Shown one piece after another: positions 26,817 to 36,712 of a stretch of DNA of 64,000 bases. The notes below the pieces were generated by a model. It had not been told where the DNA came from. It saw nothing but the letters and a program-made list of their open reading frames with translations, and did no database searches. Every line of letters starts with the position of its first letter. The first letter of the stretch is position 1. The DNA is taken from positions 13,311-77,310 of the forward strand of contig JAYGCL010000027.1 in the NCBI GenBank assembly GCA_046583365.1, in the 5' to 3' direction. The translations under genes and the position numbers were made by a program. The DNA is from Deltaproteobacteria bacterium (lineage in GTDB: Bacteria > Desulfobacterota > Binatia > UBA1149 > CAYXZP01).

Positions 26817-27479
26817 TCACCGGGTTCCCTGCCGGTTTTTCACCTCGCCCACGACCAATTCCACCACCTCTTCTATGCTCATGCGGGTGGAGTCGACGAC
26901 CAGGGCATCGGCGGCCGTCTCCAGAGGTGCCAGAGGGCGGGTGGAATCCCGGCGGTCGCGTTCGGCCATGTCCCGTTGCACCTCGGCGCCGGCTCCCGGC
27001 AGTTCGGCACTGCGACGGCGGACCCTCTCGGTGGAGTCGGCGTTCAGAAAGACCTTAAGACCGGCATCAGGAAATATCACGGTGCCGATGTCACGGCCCT
27101 CAACCACGGCGCCGGGAGGCTTGGCGGCCTCACGTTGAATCCTGGTAAGCATGGCCCTGACCTCGGGAACGGCTGAAACCTTGGAAGCCGCCTTGCTTAC
27201 CTCGGCACTGCGAATCAACGACTCCACTTCGCGGCCGTCAAGCCTCACGCCGGCGGGGTCGCCACCCACACTTATGTTGAAAGTCACTGCCACCCTGGCC
27301 ACCGCGGCAGCGTCGCCGGGGTCGATACCGGCATCCAGAACACCCAGGGCCACAGCCCGGTAGAGGGCCCCCGAGTCGAGATAGGCAAAACCCATGCGCT
27401 CGGCCGTAAGCTTGCCCACCGTCGACTTGCCCGACCCCGACGGACCATCAATGGCCACAACAAACACATCTTGTTCCAT
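26817..27479 (-). CDS. cmk: Cytidylate kinase
   Basis: AIDGPSGSGKST, LDSGALYR, VEGRDIGTVIFPDA. Confidence 0.96.
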   Translation of the reverse strand: MEQDVFVVAIDGPSGSGKSTVGKLTAERMGFAYLDSGALYRAVALGVLDAGIDPGDAAAVARVAVTFNISVGGDPAGVRLDGREVESLIRSAEVSKAASKVSAVPEVRAMLTRIQREAAKPPGAVVEGRDIGTVIFPDAGLKVFLNADSTERVRRRSAELPGAGAEVQRDMAERDRRDSTRPLAPLETAADALVVDSTRMSIEEVVELVVGEVKNRQGTR

Positions 27480-27497
27480 GCCGCCCCTACTTTCCCT

Positions 27498-28784
27498 TCA
27501 GCTACGGAGTTTGTCCAGATGCTCGAAGAATTCGGGGTAGGAAACGGCCGCGCTGCCCGGGTCTTCGATGTCGACATAACCGTTGCATACCAGTGCCGCC
27601 ACCGCCGCCGACATCACCACACGGTGGTCGCCGGCCGTGGCCACACTACCCCCCTCCAACTTACCGCCTCGGATTTCCAAACCATCTGCGTGTTCGGCGA
27701 CACCAATACCCAGACCACCGAGCAGGGCCGCCATCGTAGAGATACGGTCGCTCTCCTTCATGCGCAGTTCGGCAGCCCCTGAAATTCGTGTCACCCCTTC
27801 GGCTCCGGCAGCGGCGACCATCAGCACCGGCAACTCGTCGATGGCCGCCGGCACTTCCTCGGCCGTAATATCGGTGGCCCGAAGGTCGGCCGAACGCACG
27901 CGAATCGAGCCGAAAGGCTCTCCCCCGCTGTGGCCCTCCTCGACCACCTCCAGGTCGGCCCCCATGCGCGACAATATCGACAGGAACCCACTGCGAGTGG
28001 GGTTTAAACCCACCCTCTCCAGCCTTACATCGGAACCCGCAACCAGGCTTGCCGCCACCACAAAAAACGCGGCCGAAGATATATCGCCACACACATCGAC
28101 ATCCACCGACAACGGCAAAGCCGGCCCCACAAGCACAATCTGGTCCCCGTCACACTCCACGGCTACCCCCATGGCCCTGAGCATCCTCTCGGTATGGTCA
28201 CGCGAGGGCAGCGGTTGGCTGATACAAGTCGGCCCCCGGGCCTGCAGGGCGGCCAACAGTATTGCCGACTTCACCTGGGCACTGCCGACCTCAAAGGGCC
28301 CCGGCAGTCCATGCAGGGCCGCGGCCGGGTCAAGGACAATAGGGGCGTAACCATCGGAGGTGGTAATCCGGGCTCCCATCGCCTTTAGCGGAGTGGCCAC
28401 CCTTTGCATCGGCCGCTTCCTCAAAGAACCGTCACCGTCCAGGGTCGACGAGAACGGTTGCCCGGCCAGGACACCGGCCAGCAGACGCATGGTGGTCCCC
28501 GAATTGCCGCAATCGAGCGCCGACTCGGGCTTTGACAGGGCCATAGCCGCTCCCTCTACCAGCAGACCCCCGCTGTCGGTCTCGGTAATGGCCACGCCCA
28601 GACAGCCAAGCGCCCGGGCCGTGGAAGCGACATCCTCGCCCCCGGGCAGGCCACTGAGCCTGGCGGTGCCACGGGCCACGGCGTTCAGTATGAGTGCGCG
28701 GTGGGCAATGGACTTATCCCCGGGCACCCGCAGGCTACCGGCAAGGGGCCCGCGGGCCGGGAGTACTCTGAGGGGGCCGGCCAT
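27498..28784 (-). CDS. aroA: EPSP synthase
   Basis: PGDKSIAHRA, DCGNSGTTMRL, SAQVKSA, RDHTE, ELRMKESDRI, GDHR. Confidence 0.97.
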   Translation of the reverse strand: MAGPLRVLPARGPLAGSLRVPGDKSIAHRALILNAVARGTARLSGLPGGEDVASTARALGCLGVAITETDSGGLLVEGAAMALSKPESALDCGNSGTTMRLLAGVLAGQPFSSTLDGDGSLRKRPMQRVATPLKAMGARITTSDGYAPIVLDPAAALHGLPGPFEVGSAQVKSAILLAALQARGPTCISQPLPSRDHTERMLRAMGVAVECDGDQIVLVGPALPLSVDVDVCGDISSAAFFVVAASLVAGSDVRLERVGLNPTRSGFLSILSRMGADLEVVEEGHSGGEPFGSIRVRSADLRATDITAEEVPAAIDELPVLMVAAAGAEGVTRISGAAELRMKESDRISTMAALLGGLGIGVAEHADGLEIRGGKLEGGSVATAGDHRVVMSAAVAALVCNGYVDIEDPGSAAVSYPEFFEHLDKLRS

Positions 28785-29650
28785 CAGTCGCCCCGTCCGA
28801 TGCGGCCACGAAAACTGCGTGCCCGATCGATAATCTCCCCAAGACCTTCGCCGTCGGCGTCCTCAACCGCCCTGGTCATTTCGGCCCACAGAAGTTCAAA
28901 CTCCTTCATGATGGCCACCAGTTCCCCACGGTTGGCCGAGGCTATCTCCAGCCACATCTGCCCGTCACTATCCGCAATCCGCGTGGTATCGCGAAAGCCC
29001 GAACCACAGAGGTCGGTGAGTGCATCCAGGCCGCTGCTGCCGGCCAGGGCACACAGGGCAAAGGCGGCCATCTGAGGAAGGTGGCTGGAAAGGGCCACCC
29101 CGGCGTCGTGGTCGGCCGCCGTCATCTTTACAACCCGGGCACCGCAAGCCTCCCAAAGCCCGACAATACGCTCGACCGCCTGCCCATCGGTGGCCGCACC
29201 GGGGGTGAGCACCACCGTGCGGTCCTTGAAAAGCAGAGGGTCGGCAGCCGCAGACCCTCTGCCCGTGCCACCGGCGATGGGATGGGCACCAACAAAACGA
29301 TGGCCGACACCGACGGCTTCGGCAGCCTCCAGTACAGGTCCCTTCACACTGCCCACGTCCGAGAGCACACAGCCCCGGGGGCTTGCCGCGGCGGCGCGGC
29401 TGAGCAGGTCAAGCGAGGCCTGCACCGGGGCCGCAACAACAACCAGGTCGGCATCGGCCACGGCTTCCTCTAAATCGGAGCCCACCCGGTCGACCAACCC
29501 CAGTTCCATGGCCCTTGCCAGGTTGGCCGGATTACGACCCACTCCACAGACCCGGCCGAGGGCACCGCTGCGGCGGCCGGCCGCGGCCAGAGAAGCGCCG
29601 ATCTGACCGACCCCTATGATCACCACGCGTTCAAAAATCACATCCATCAT
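28784..29650 (-). CDS. tyrA: Prephenate/arogenate dehydrogenase
   Basis: GVGQIGAS, DVGSVK, HPIAG, SHLPQ, GFRDTTRIA. ATGA overlap with the hisC stop. Confidence 0.93.
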   Translation of the reverse strand: MMDVIFERVVIIGVGQIGASLAAAGRRSGALGRVCGVGRNPANLARAMELGLVDRVGSDLEEAVADADLVVVAAPVQASLDLLSRAAAASPRGCVLSDVGSVKGPVLEAAEAVGVGHRFVGAHPIAGGTGRGSAAADPLLFKDRTVVLTPGAATDGQAVERIVGLWEACGARVVKMTAADHDAGVALSSHLPQMAAFALCALAGSSGLDALTDLCGSGFRDTTRIADSDGQMWLEIASANRGELVAIMKEFELLWAEMTRAVEDADGEGLGEIIDRARSFRGRIGRGD

Positions 29651-30756
29651 CCACCCCGTCCTGTCACATCGGCCAGCGCCTCTATACAACGCCGGTTCTC
29701 GGACTGTGTCCCAAAGGTAATCCTGATCTTGCTGGCCATACCGTAGGCCTGCATGGGACGGACTATCACCCCCAGACCCAACAGTTCGGAACTCACGCGG
29801 TCACCATCGCCAACTTCCACAAGTACGAAATTGGCCTGGCTTGGAACGTACTCCAATCCCAGACGCTCAAAGTTCTGTGCGTAGTAACGGCGACCCTCGG
29901 CTGCCAGTTGACGCGAGGCCTCCAGATGGGCGTGGTCGTCGAGCGCAGCCAGGGCCGCCTCCTGGGCCAGGGAACCCACGTTAAAGGGCTGGCGTAGCCT
30001 CTGCAGAGCAGAAGCTATCTCTATGCTCGTCACACCGTAGCCTATGCGCAAGCCGGCCAATCCGTAAATCTTTGAAAAGGTCCTCATTACCAGAAGTCCG
30101 GGGTGAGAATCGAGGTAGCTCAGGCTGTCGGGGTAGTCCGGGTCATCAACGTACTCGGCATAAGCCTCGTCAACGGCAACCACCACACCGGCGGGAACCC
30201 CGCCTAAAAAATCTTCCCACTCGGCCAGCCCGAAGGTCGTCCCCGTGGGGTTGTTGGGGTTGGCCAGAAAAACCACCCTGGTAGACGGACCGATGGCAGT
30301 GCCGATTGCATCCAGGTCGTGGCTGTAGCCTTTGGGCTCAACGCGCACCGAGCTGGCACCGGCAGCCCGGGTAACCAGGTCGTAGATCAGAAAGGCATCG
30401 GCCGACATCACCACCTCGTCGCCGGGGCCGGCAAACACTCGTACCAGCAGCTCGATGATCTCGTTCGAACCGTTGCCCAGGATGACCTGCTCGGGTGCCA
30501 CCTCAAGCCGGTCGGCCAACTTGCGCGTCAAGCGTACAGCGCCGCCGTCGGGATAGCGGTGCAGGTCGGCGCTTGCCCCGGCAAGGGCCACAAGGGCAGC
30601 CGGCGAAGGCCCCAGGGGGTTTTCGTTGGAAGCCAGCTTTATGCTGCCCTCTATGCCGAGTTCACGCTCGACCTCTTCTATCGGCTTTCCCGGCTGGTAG
30701 GGCTCGAGTCCCAGAATCCGGGCCGGTATCTCAGGCTTCACGGCCTCAGTCGGCAA
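29647..30756 (-). CDS. hisC: Histidinol-phosphate/aromatic aminotransferase
   Basis: YQPGKPIEE, KLASNENPLG, NPNNPTG, DEAY, RTFSKIYGLAGLRIGY. Confidence 0.95.
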   Translation of the reverse strand: MPTEAVKPEIPARILGLEPYQPGKPIEEVERELGIEGSIKLASNENPLGPSPAALVALAGASADLHRYPDGGAVRLTRKLADRLEVAPEQVILGNGSNEIIELLVRVFAGPGDEVVMSADAFLIYDLVTRAAGASSVRVEPKGYSHDLDAIGTAIGPSTRVVFLANPNNPTGTTFGLAEWEDFLGGVPAGVVVAVDEAYAEYVDDPDYPDSLSYLDSHPGLLVMRTFSKIYGLAGLRIGYGVTSIEIASALQRLRQPFNVGSLAQEAALAALDDHAHLEASRQLAAEGRRYYAQNFERLGLEYVPSQANFVLVEVGDGDRVSSELLGLGVIVRPMQAYGMASKIRITFGTQSENRRCIEALADVTGRGG

Positions 30757-31819
30757 TGGGATAAGAACCCAGCACCTTCGCCGCGAGGGCGACCTTTTCT
30801 ATTTCCGCCAATGCCTTTGATACCGACGGGTCGGCCACGTGGCCGTTGACGTCGATAAAGAAGCTGTACTCCCACCGACGTCCCAACAGGGGACGGGATT
30901 CAATCATAGACAGGTTAACGCCGTTGCGGGCAAAGGCTTTGAGCAGCCGTTCGAGCACGCCGACCTCGTCGCGCACCGAGATGACAAGTGAGGTGCGGTC
31001 GTTGCCGCTCCGTTTCATCGCTGCCTCGGCACCGATGACCAGAAAACGGGTAACGTTGCCGGCGTTGTCCTGAATGGAGTCGGCAAGAATCTGCAACCCG
31101 TAGATGGAAGCGGCCAGGCGACTACCGATGGCGGCCGTGGTCGGCCGCGAAGCCGCCAGACGGGCGGCGGCCGTGGTGCTTGCCGTGGCCTGTAGCTCGG
31201 CCCCGCGGAAACGGTCGGCCAGGAAGTTGCGGCACTGGGCAAGCGGTTGTGGGTGTGAAGCCACACGGCGTATTTTTTTCTGATCCCCGGTTCTCGCCAA
31301 CAGACAAAGCTCAACCTTGACCACCACCTCGCCGAGTACCCTGGCCGTGGTATCGGTCAGGGCGTCCAGGGTGGGCGTCACGGCCCCCTCGGTGGTGTTC
31401 TCGATGGGGACAACCCCGTAGTCGCAACGGCCGGTCTCGACCGCCCCGAACACATCGGCAATGGTCTCCAACGGGTCAAGAGACACCGTGGCACCAAACT
31501 GCTTGACCGCGGCTTCGTGGGAAAAGGTTCCTGGGGGACCGAGGTATCCCACCACCACGGACTTCTGACTGTCGCGGCAGGCCGAGATAATCTCCCGGAA
31601 AACCGCCTCGACCGCAGCCGATGAAAGCGGTCCCGGGTTGGCGCCTTTTACCGCCCGCAAAACGGCCCTCTCGCGAACCAGGTCGAGTACACCGTCGGAC
31701 TTGCGCGTCTTGGCCTCGCCTATGGACTTGGCCATCCGGGCCCGGCGGGAAATCAGGCGCAGTATCTTCTCGTCGAGTTCATCGATCTTAAGGCGCAGCT
31801 CTTTTAACGACTTGGCCAT
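30746..31819 (-). CDS. pheA: Chorismate mutase/prephenate dehydratase
   Basis: N-terminal CM domain (LR..ID..D), YLGP.GTFSH, PIEN, SHPQ, NVTRF and ACT motif IESRP. Confidence 0.96.
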   Translation of the reverse strand: MAKSLKELRLKIDELDEKILRLISRRARMAKSIGEAKTRKSDGVLDLVRERAVLRAVKGANPGPLSSAAVEAVFREIISACRDSQKSVVVGYLGPPGTFSHEAAVKQFGATVSLDPLETIADVFGAVETGRCDYGVVPIENTTEGAVTPTLDALTDTTARVLGEVVVKVELCLLARTGDQKKIRRVASHPQPLAQCRNFLADRFRGAELQATASTTAAARLAASRPTTAAIGSRLAASIYGLQILADSIQDNAGNVTRFLVIGAEAAMKRSGNDRTSLVISVRDEVGVLERLLKAFARNGVNLSMIESRPLLGRRWEYSFFIDVNGHVADPSVSKALAEIEKVALAAKVLGSYPIAD

Positions 31820-31857
31820 GGTAAACAGGAGACGTCCAACTATGCGCTAAGGTTCAA

Positions 31858-32832
31858 TTACTCAAGCCCCCGGCCCCTGCTCCCGTCCAGAAAGGCCCGG
31901 GCCCGGACCAGCGCCTTATCCTCCTGACCGGGCCCCACCTTCACCCTCTCACAGTCCAGACCCTGGTTCCTGAGCCAGGTCAGCTGCCGTTTGGCATAGC
32001 GGCGGGTGGCACGGGCAATCTCGGGGCCAAGGTTGGCCTCGTCGAGGTCGCCATCCAGACAGGCCCCGGCCTCGCGGTAGCCGATAGCCATGAAGGCTTT
32101 GGCTCCGGGCCCGTAGCCGCGCTCTCGCAAGGCGGCCAATTCACCGAGCAGCCCCTCCTCAACCATAGCCGCGGCACGGCTATCAATTCGTCGGTAAAGC
32201 TCATCCCTGTCCACTTCGGTTTCAAAGAGCAGGGCCTCAAAGGGGGCCTCGGCCCCAGCGTGTCTGCGTTGCCACAGAGAAAGCGGCTTGCCGCTGAGTT
32301 TTAATACCTCAAGTGCACGAACGGTGCGGACCAGGTCGTTTGCATGGATACGGTCGGCAGCCCGAGGGTCAAGGTTTTTAAGACGGCGGTGGAGACAACC
32401 GGGGTCGAGTTTTTCCTCGACCGCCAACCCGTCCCTCAGTTTCTGGTCGGCGGCCGGGCCGGCAAACAGTCCACGCAACAGACTGCGCAGGTAAAGCCCC
32501 GTCCCCCCACACACAACGGCCACCTTCCCCCTGGCCTGAATACCCGCCAACACCGAAAGTGCACCACTGCGCCACAGCGCAGTATCGTAGTGAGCATCCG
32601 GGTCGACGACGTCTATCATATGATGGGGGATGTCGGCCCTCAGTTCAGACGACGGTTTGGCCGTACCGATGTCCAGATAGCGGAATACCTGGCGGGAATC
32701 GGCCCCCACCACCTCGCCGTCCAGGCCGCGGGCCAGAGCGACGGCCAGGGCGGTCTTACCCGATGCGGTGGCACCGGCCACCACCACAACGCGAGCCGGC
32801 AATGCCGCCGTGGCCTGGAGCCCGGATTTCAC
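31858..32832 (-). CDS. miaA: tRNA dimethylallyltransferase
   Basis: GATASGKT, DSRQV..DIGTAKP, GGTGLY, AIGYRE, TRRYAKRQLTW. Confidence 0.96.
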   Translation of the reverse strand: MKSGLQATAALPARVVVVAGATASGKTALAVALARGLDGEVVGADSRQVFRYLDIGTAKPSSELRADIPHHMIDVVDPDAHYDTALWRSGALSVLAGIQARGKVAVVCGGTGLYLRSLLRGLFAGPAADQKLRDGLAVEEKLDPGCLHRRLKNLDPRAADRIHANDLVRTVRALEVLKLSGKPLSLWQRRHAGAEAPFEALLFETEVDRDELYRRIDSRAAAMVEEGLLGELAALRERGYGPGAKAFMAIGYREAGACLDGDLDEANLGPEIARATRRYAKRQLTWLRNQGLDCERVKVGPGQEDKALVRARAFLDGSRGRGLE

Positions 32833-34661
32833 GGACGCCCGAACATACGCTCGAGCTGGGTACGGGAGATGCTGCGCGAAACCGGACGGCCGTGGGGACA
32901 GCTGGCACTGAAAGACACGGCTGAAGCCTGGCGCAGCAAGGCGCGCGCCTCATCCCGGCCCATACGCTTGCCCACACGAACCGCCCCATGACAGGCAACG
33001 GTGGCCAGCACTCGCTCGACCACTTGCTCGGCGGCCGCTGCCACACCCAGGTCGACGAGGTCGGAGGCCACCTTCTCTACCAGCCCCCTTACATCAACCC
33101 CGGCCACCAGAGCCGGAATAGCCCGCACCACGACTTCTTCATCGCCGAAACGGTCCAACTCCAATCCGGCCTGTTCCAGCCGGTCGCGACAGGCAGCCAC
33201 GGCCTCCACCCCATCCTCGCCCACCGTCACGGTCTCGGGGATGAGCAGGGGCTGACTCTCGGGGCGCGAGTCGTCGTAGGCGGCCATGAGGCCTTCGAAC
33301 AGGAGGCGCTCGTGGGCTGCGTGCTGGTCCACGATCAGAACCTCATCACCGTTTTGACAGACTATATAGCCGTCAAACACCTGCCCTATTACTTCGAGAC
33401 TTCCCAGACTGCCGGGCTGGCCAGCTACAATGCTGGGCAACAACGGCTGCTCTTCGGCCACGCCCCCGGCCTCGGCCGGCGAGACAACCGCCCCTTCCTC
33501 AACCCTTGAGGCCACATAGCCGGCCGGCGCATCTTTGAGTTGAGTCGCATCTGCTCGTGCCGCACCTGATTGCACCGTCCCCCCGGCCCGTGTCGTACCT
33601 GCTCGTGACCCGCCGATGCCGAGGGTGCCGTCGCCGGCAGCCCAACGTCCCAGTGGCCCCGAATCCTTGCGCACCGTTTCGGCAACCGCCTCGGTGACAA
33701 AGCGGGATGCCGACTGGGGGTCTGCAAAACGCACTTCGAGTTTGGCCGGATGCACATTGACGTCCACCTGGTCCGGCGTGATGTCGAGAAAAAGACAAGC
33801 CGCCGGATAACGGCCCCTTAACAGGTAGGTACGGTAGGCCTCCATGAGGGCGCGGAACAGTCGCCGGTCCCGCATCCAACGGCCGTTGACGAATATCAAT
33901 ATTTTTCTGCTCGAGGGGTGCGATACACCAGCCAAGCTAACGTAACCCTTTAACTCAAGGCCGGCATGGCGGGCCGATACTTCCACCATCGAGGCAGCTG
34001 TCTCCTGCCCCCAGACCTGCACCAGGCGGGCCTTGAGCCCGGCCACCGGCGGCAGGTTCATGGCGCTGCGCCCGTTACGCCGCAATTGGAAGTCCACCTG
34101 TGGCCAGGCCAGGGCAAACTTGCGCAGGGTGTCGGCCACCTGAGCATACTCGGCAGCCCGGGTTTTCAAAAATTTCCGTCGCGCCGGGATTTCGGAAAAA
34201 AGGTCGCCGACCTCGATGCGTGTTCCCGGCGGGGCCGAAGCGTCACGCACCTCACCTACATCTCCCCCCTTGACGACGACACGGGAGGCGGCGTCCTGGC
34301 CCCGGGTCCGGCTTGTCAGTTCCAGGTCGGCGGCAGCGGCAATACTGGCAAGAGCCTCACCGCGAAAGCCAAAGGTGGCAATGCTCTGGAGGTCGTCGAG
34401 GTTGGCCAGCTTACTGGTAGCGTGGCGGGCCAGGGCCAGACCTATCTGCTCGCTGAGGATGCCGTGACCATCGTCGCTGACGGCCATACGAAAACGGCCG
34501 TCAGCATCGTCGTACTCCACCGCTACGCGGCCGGCTCCCGCGTCCAGGGAATTCTCGACCAGTTCCTTTATCACCGAAGCCGGCCTCTCCACGACCTCAC
34601 CGGCGGCGATCCCCGCCACCACCTTACCGTCGAGCGCAACTATGGGTTCAGGACAGGACAA
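32829..34661 (-). CDS. mutL: DNA mismatch repair protein MutL
   Basis: IAAGEVVERP..KELVENSLDA, GFRGEAL, DVNVHPAK, endonuclease motif DQHAAHER, ACH, CPHGRP. Probable TTG start at 34661. Confidence 0.97.
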   Translation of the reverse strand: MSCPEPIVALDGKVVAGIAAGEVVERPASVIKELVENSLDAGAGRVAVEYDDADGRFRMAVSDDGHGILSEQIGLALARHATSKLANLDDLQSIATFGFRGEALASIAAAADLELTSRTRGQDAASRVVVKGGDVGEVRDASAPPGTRIEVGDLFSEIPARRKFLKTRAAEYAQVADTLRKFALAWPQVDFQLRRNGRSAMNLPPVAGLKARLVQVWGQETAASMVEVSARHAGLELKGYVSLAGVSHPSSRKILIFVNGRWMRDRRLFRALMEAYRTYLLRGRYPAACLFLDITPDQVDVNVHPAKLEVRFADPQSASRFVTEAVAETVRKDSGPLGRWAAGDGTLGIGGSRAGTTRAGGTVQSGAARADATQLKDAPAGYVASRVEEGAVVSPAEAGGVAEEQPLLPSIVAGQPGSLGSLEVIGQVFDGYIVCQNGDEVLIVDQHAAHERLLFEGLMAAYDDSRPESQPLLIPETVTVGEDGVEAVAACRDRLEQAGLELDRFGDEEVVVRAIPALVAGVDVRGLVEKVASDLVDLGVAAAAEQVVERVLATVACHGAVRVGKRMGRDEARALLRQASAVSFSASCPHGRPVSRSISRTQLERMFGRP

Positions 34662-36039
34662 GGTCTGATTTCTTTGAGGCCAGCTTTTTATCCACCCCAA
34701 GGGCCAGTTCTTCGTAGCCCGGTTTGCCGGCCAGGGCCGCCGTTATGCGCTTGCCCGCTTCCACCCCCGGCTGGTCGAGGGGGTTTATTCCAAGCAACCC
34801 ACCCATCACGACGGTCTGTACCTCGAAGAAGTGGAACAGGGCGCCGAGGGCCCTCGCGTCCAAACGCTCAAGCGAAATAACGCTGGTCATGCAGCCGGCC
34901 TCGCCAAGGGCCAGTTCTGTGGCACGTTGTTCGATGTTCAAAAGCTCGCCCAGGCCTTTGCCCGACAGGTAGGCAAGCGGACCGTCCTGGCCCACGACCG
35001 CCGGTACCTTCAACTCGTTGTCGCGGGCCTCAATGCGCACAAAGGTCACCACCTTGTCCTTGGGCCCTTCCACATAAAGCTGCACCTGGGAATGCTGATC
35101 GGTGGCCCCGAGGGCGGCAATCGGGGTCTGGCCGGTTGCAACCTCGCTGCCGTCGCTGCGGCACTTCTTGCCAAGACTTTCGGCCCACAATTGTCCATAC
35201 CACTGGGCCAGGCCGAGCAGGCGGTCGGCATAGGGCATGAGCACGTGGACCGAGGCGCCCTTTTCAACCAGGGCCAGATAGAGGAGAGCGGCGTGCAAAA
35301 GGGCCGGGTTGTTCCACGGGTCATGTCCACGTGTACGCAGGTCCATGGCACGGGCACCTTCGCACAAGGCCTCGATATCAATCCCGGCCGCGGCCAGCGG
35401 CAGCAGACCCACCGACGAAAGCACAGAAAAGCGTCCCCCCACGGCCGCCGGCACGGCAAGAGTACGAAGTTCGTCCTCGTCGGCCAGGCCCCGCAACCAG
35501 CCCCCACTGGCATCGGTGGTAGCGATCATCCGCTGCCGGTAGCCCGACTGGCCAAGCTCGCTTAGAAGACGCTCACGGACGAGTAGAAATTGAGACGCCG
35601 TCTCCAGGGTCTCGCCGGACTTGGAAATAACGTTGAAGCAGCAGCGGCCCAGGTCCAGGCGGCCGAGCAGCGGGCCGATGGTGTCGGGGTCGATGTTGTC
35701 CAGCACCACAACCCGGGCAGAACCCGCCGGCACTTCGGGAGCCAGGGCAGACAGGGCGGCTTTGGCCCCAAGCGCCGAACCCCCGATGCCGAGAACAACC
35801 AGGGTGTCGGCACACCGGCAAACCTCGGCGGCCATCTCGGCGGCCCTGCCGATCCCCTGGCTGTCGTAGGGTAGTGCGTAGAAGCCGAACTCACCGCTCT
35901 CACGCTTCTCATCCACAGCCAGGGCAACTTTGCCGAGTGTGGGCAGCAGGGCCTCCAGGTCGGCACGGATCAGGGCCGAGGCACCGGCCATGTGTTGAAA
36001 AAAACCGTTTACGTCGAGGGTTAGGCGGGTATCGGACAT
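34648..36039 (-). CDS. pgi: Glucose-6-phosphate isomerase
   Basis: LGIGGSALG, SKSGETLET, VGGRFSVLS, QLWAESLGK, DQHSQVQLY, DQPGVEAGK. Confidence 0.95.
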   Translation of the reverse strand: MSDTRLTLDVNGFFQHMAGASALIRADLEALLPTLGKVALAVDEKRESGEFGFYALPYDSQGIGRAAEMAAEVCRCADTLVVLGIGGSALGAKAALSALAPEVPAGSARVVVLDNIDPDTIGPLLGRLDLGRCCFNVISKSGETLETASQFLLVRERLLSELGQSGYRQRMIATTDASGGWLRGLADEDELRTLAVPAAVGGRFSVLSSVGLLPLAAAGIDIEALCEGARAMDLRTRGHDPWNNPALLHAALLYLALVEKGASVHVLMPYADRLLGLAQWYGQLWAESLGKKCRSDGSEVATGQTPIAALGATDQHSQVQLYVEGPKDKVVTFVRIEARDNELKVPAVVGQDGPLAYLSGKGLGELLNIEQRATELALGEAGCMTSVISLERLDARALGALFHFFEVQTVVMGGLLGINPLDQPGVEAGKRITAALAGKPGYEELALGVDKKLASKKSDLVLS

Positions 36040-36101
36040 CGGAGGAGATTTACAATACCACTACGGCGTGTTAGACAAATCTGCGTAGCGAGCGACGACA
36101 C
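36040..36101. promoter_or_regulatory. Overlapping divergent pgi/rpmB promoters
   Basis: Plus strand: TTTACA(36049)-17 nt-TAGACA(36072-36077) with an extended TG. Minus strand: TGnTATTGT, 12 nt before the pgi ATG. Confidence 0.5.
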
Positions 36102-36308
36102 GTGGCAAGAGTATGTGACATCTGCGGAAAACGCAGGGGGGTTGGCAACAACGTCTCCCACGCCAACAACAAGACCCGGCGCACCTGGCAGCCCAACCTC
36201 CAGAAGGTTCACGCCCTGGTGGGTAAGGCACGGCGCAGGCTTACCGTCTGTACCCGCTGCCTGCGCTCCGGACGCGTGGTAAAGGCCGCCCCCGCCCAGG
36301 CCTCCTAG
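36102..36308 (+). CDS. rpmB: 50S ribosomal protein L28 (zinc-ribbon form)
   Basis: [38 protein letters not shown]. Confidence 0.97.
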   Translation: MARVCDICGKRRGVGNNVSHANNKTRRTWQPNLQKVHALVGKARRRLTVCTRCLRSGRVVKAAPAQAS

Positions 36309-36712
36309 TCTCCAAAAACGGCAATCAGTTCTATCTCCACGCTTGCGCCCTTGGGCAGTGAGGCTACCCCCACGGCAGCCCTGGCCGGATAGGGGGGGGT
36401 GAAGTAGCCGGCGTATATATCGTTGAGTTCGGCAAAGTTGCCGAGGTCAGTGAGGTAGGCCGTAACTTTGACTACCTGGTCAAAGCCGGCACCGGCCTCT
36501 TGCAGAACAGCACCCAGGTTTTCGAAAACCCGGCGCGCCTCGGCGGCAAAACCACCTTCTACCAGGCTTCCGCTTTCGGGGTCGATGCCGACCTGCCCGG
36601 AACAGAACAGCCAGGACCCGACCCTCATAGCCTGAGAGTAGGGCCCGATGGCCGCCGGGGCCGCAGCCGTGGCAACGGCCTGGCGTTGCTTGGCACCATC
36701 CACCCGACTCAA
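36305..36712 (-). CDS. ridA: RidA family reactive enamine deaminase
   Basis: [31 protein letters not shown]. Confidence 0.94.
   Translation of the reverse strand: MSRVDGAKQRQAVATAAAPAAIGPYSQAMRVGSWLFCSGQVGIDPESGSLVEGGFAAEARRVFENLGAVLQEAGAGFDQVVKVTAYLTDLGNFAELNDIYAGYFTPPYPARAAVGVASLPKGASVEIELIAVFGD

Noticed and set aside
31820-31857. hfq after miaA, or a Phe-rich attenuator before pheA
   Set aside because: The gap is only 38 nt, with no ORF or terminator hairpin. Absence of hfq at this position is common outside gammaproteobacteria.
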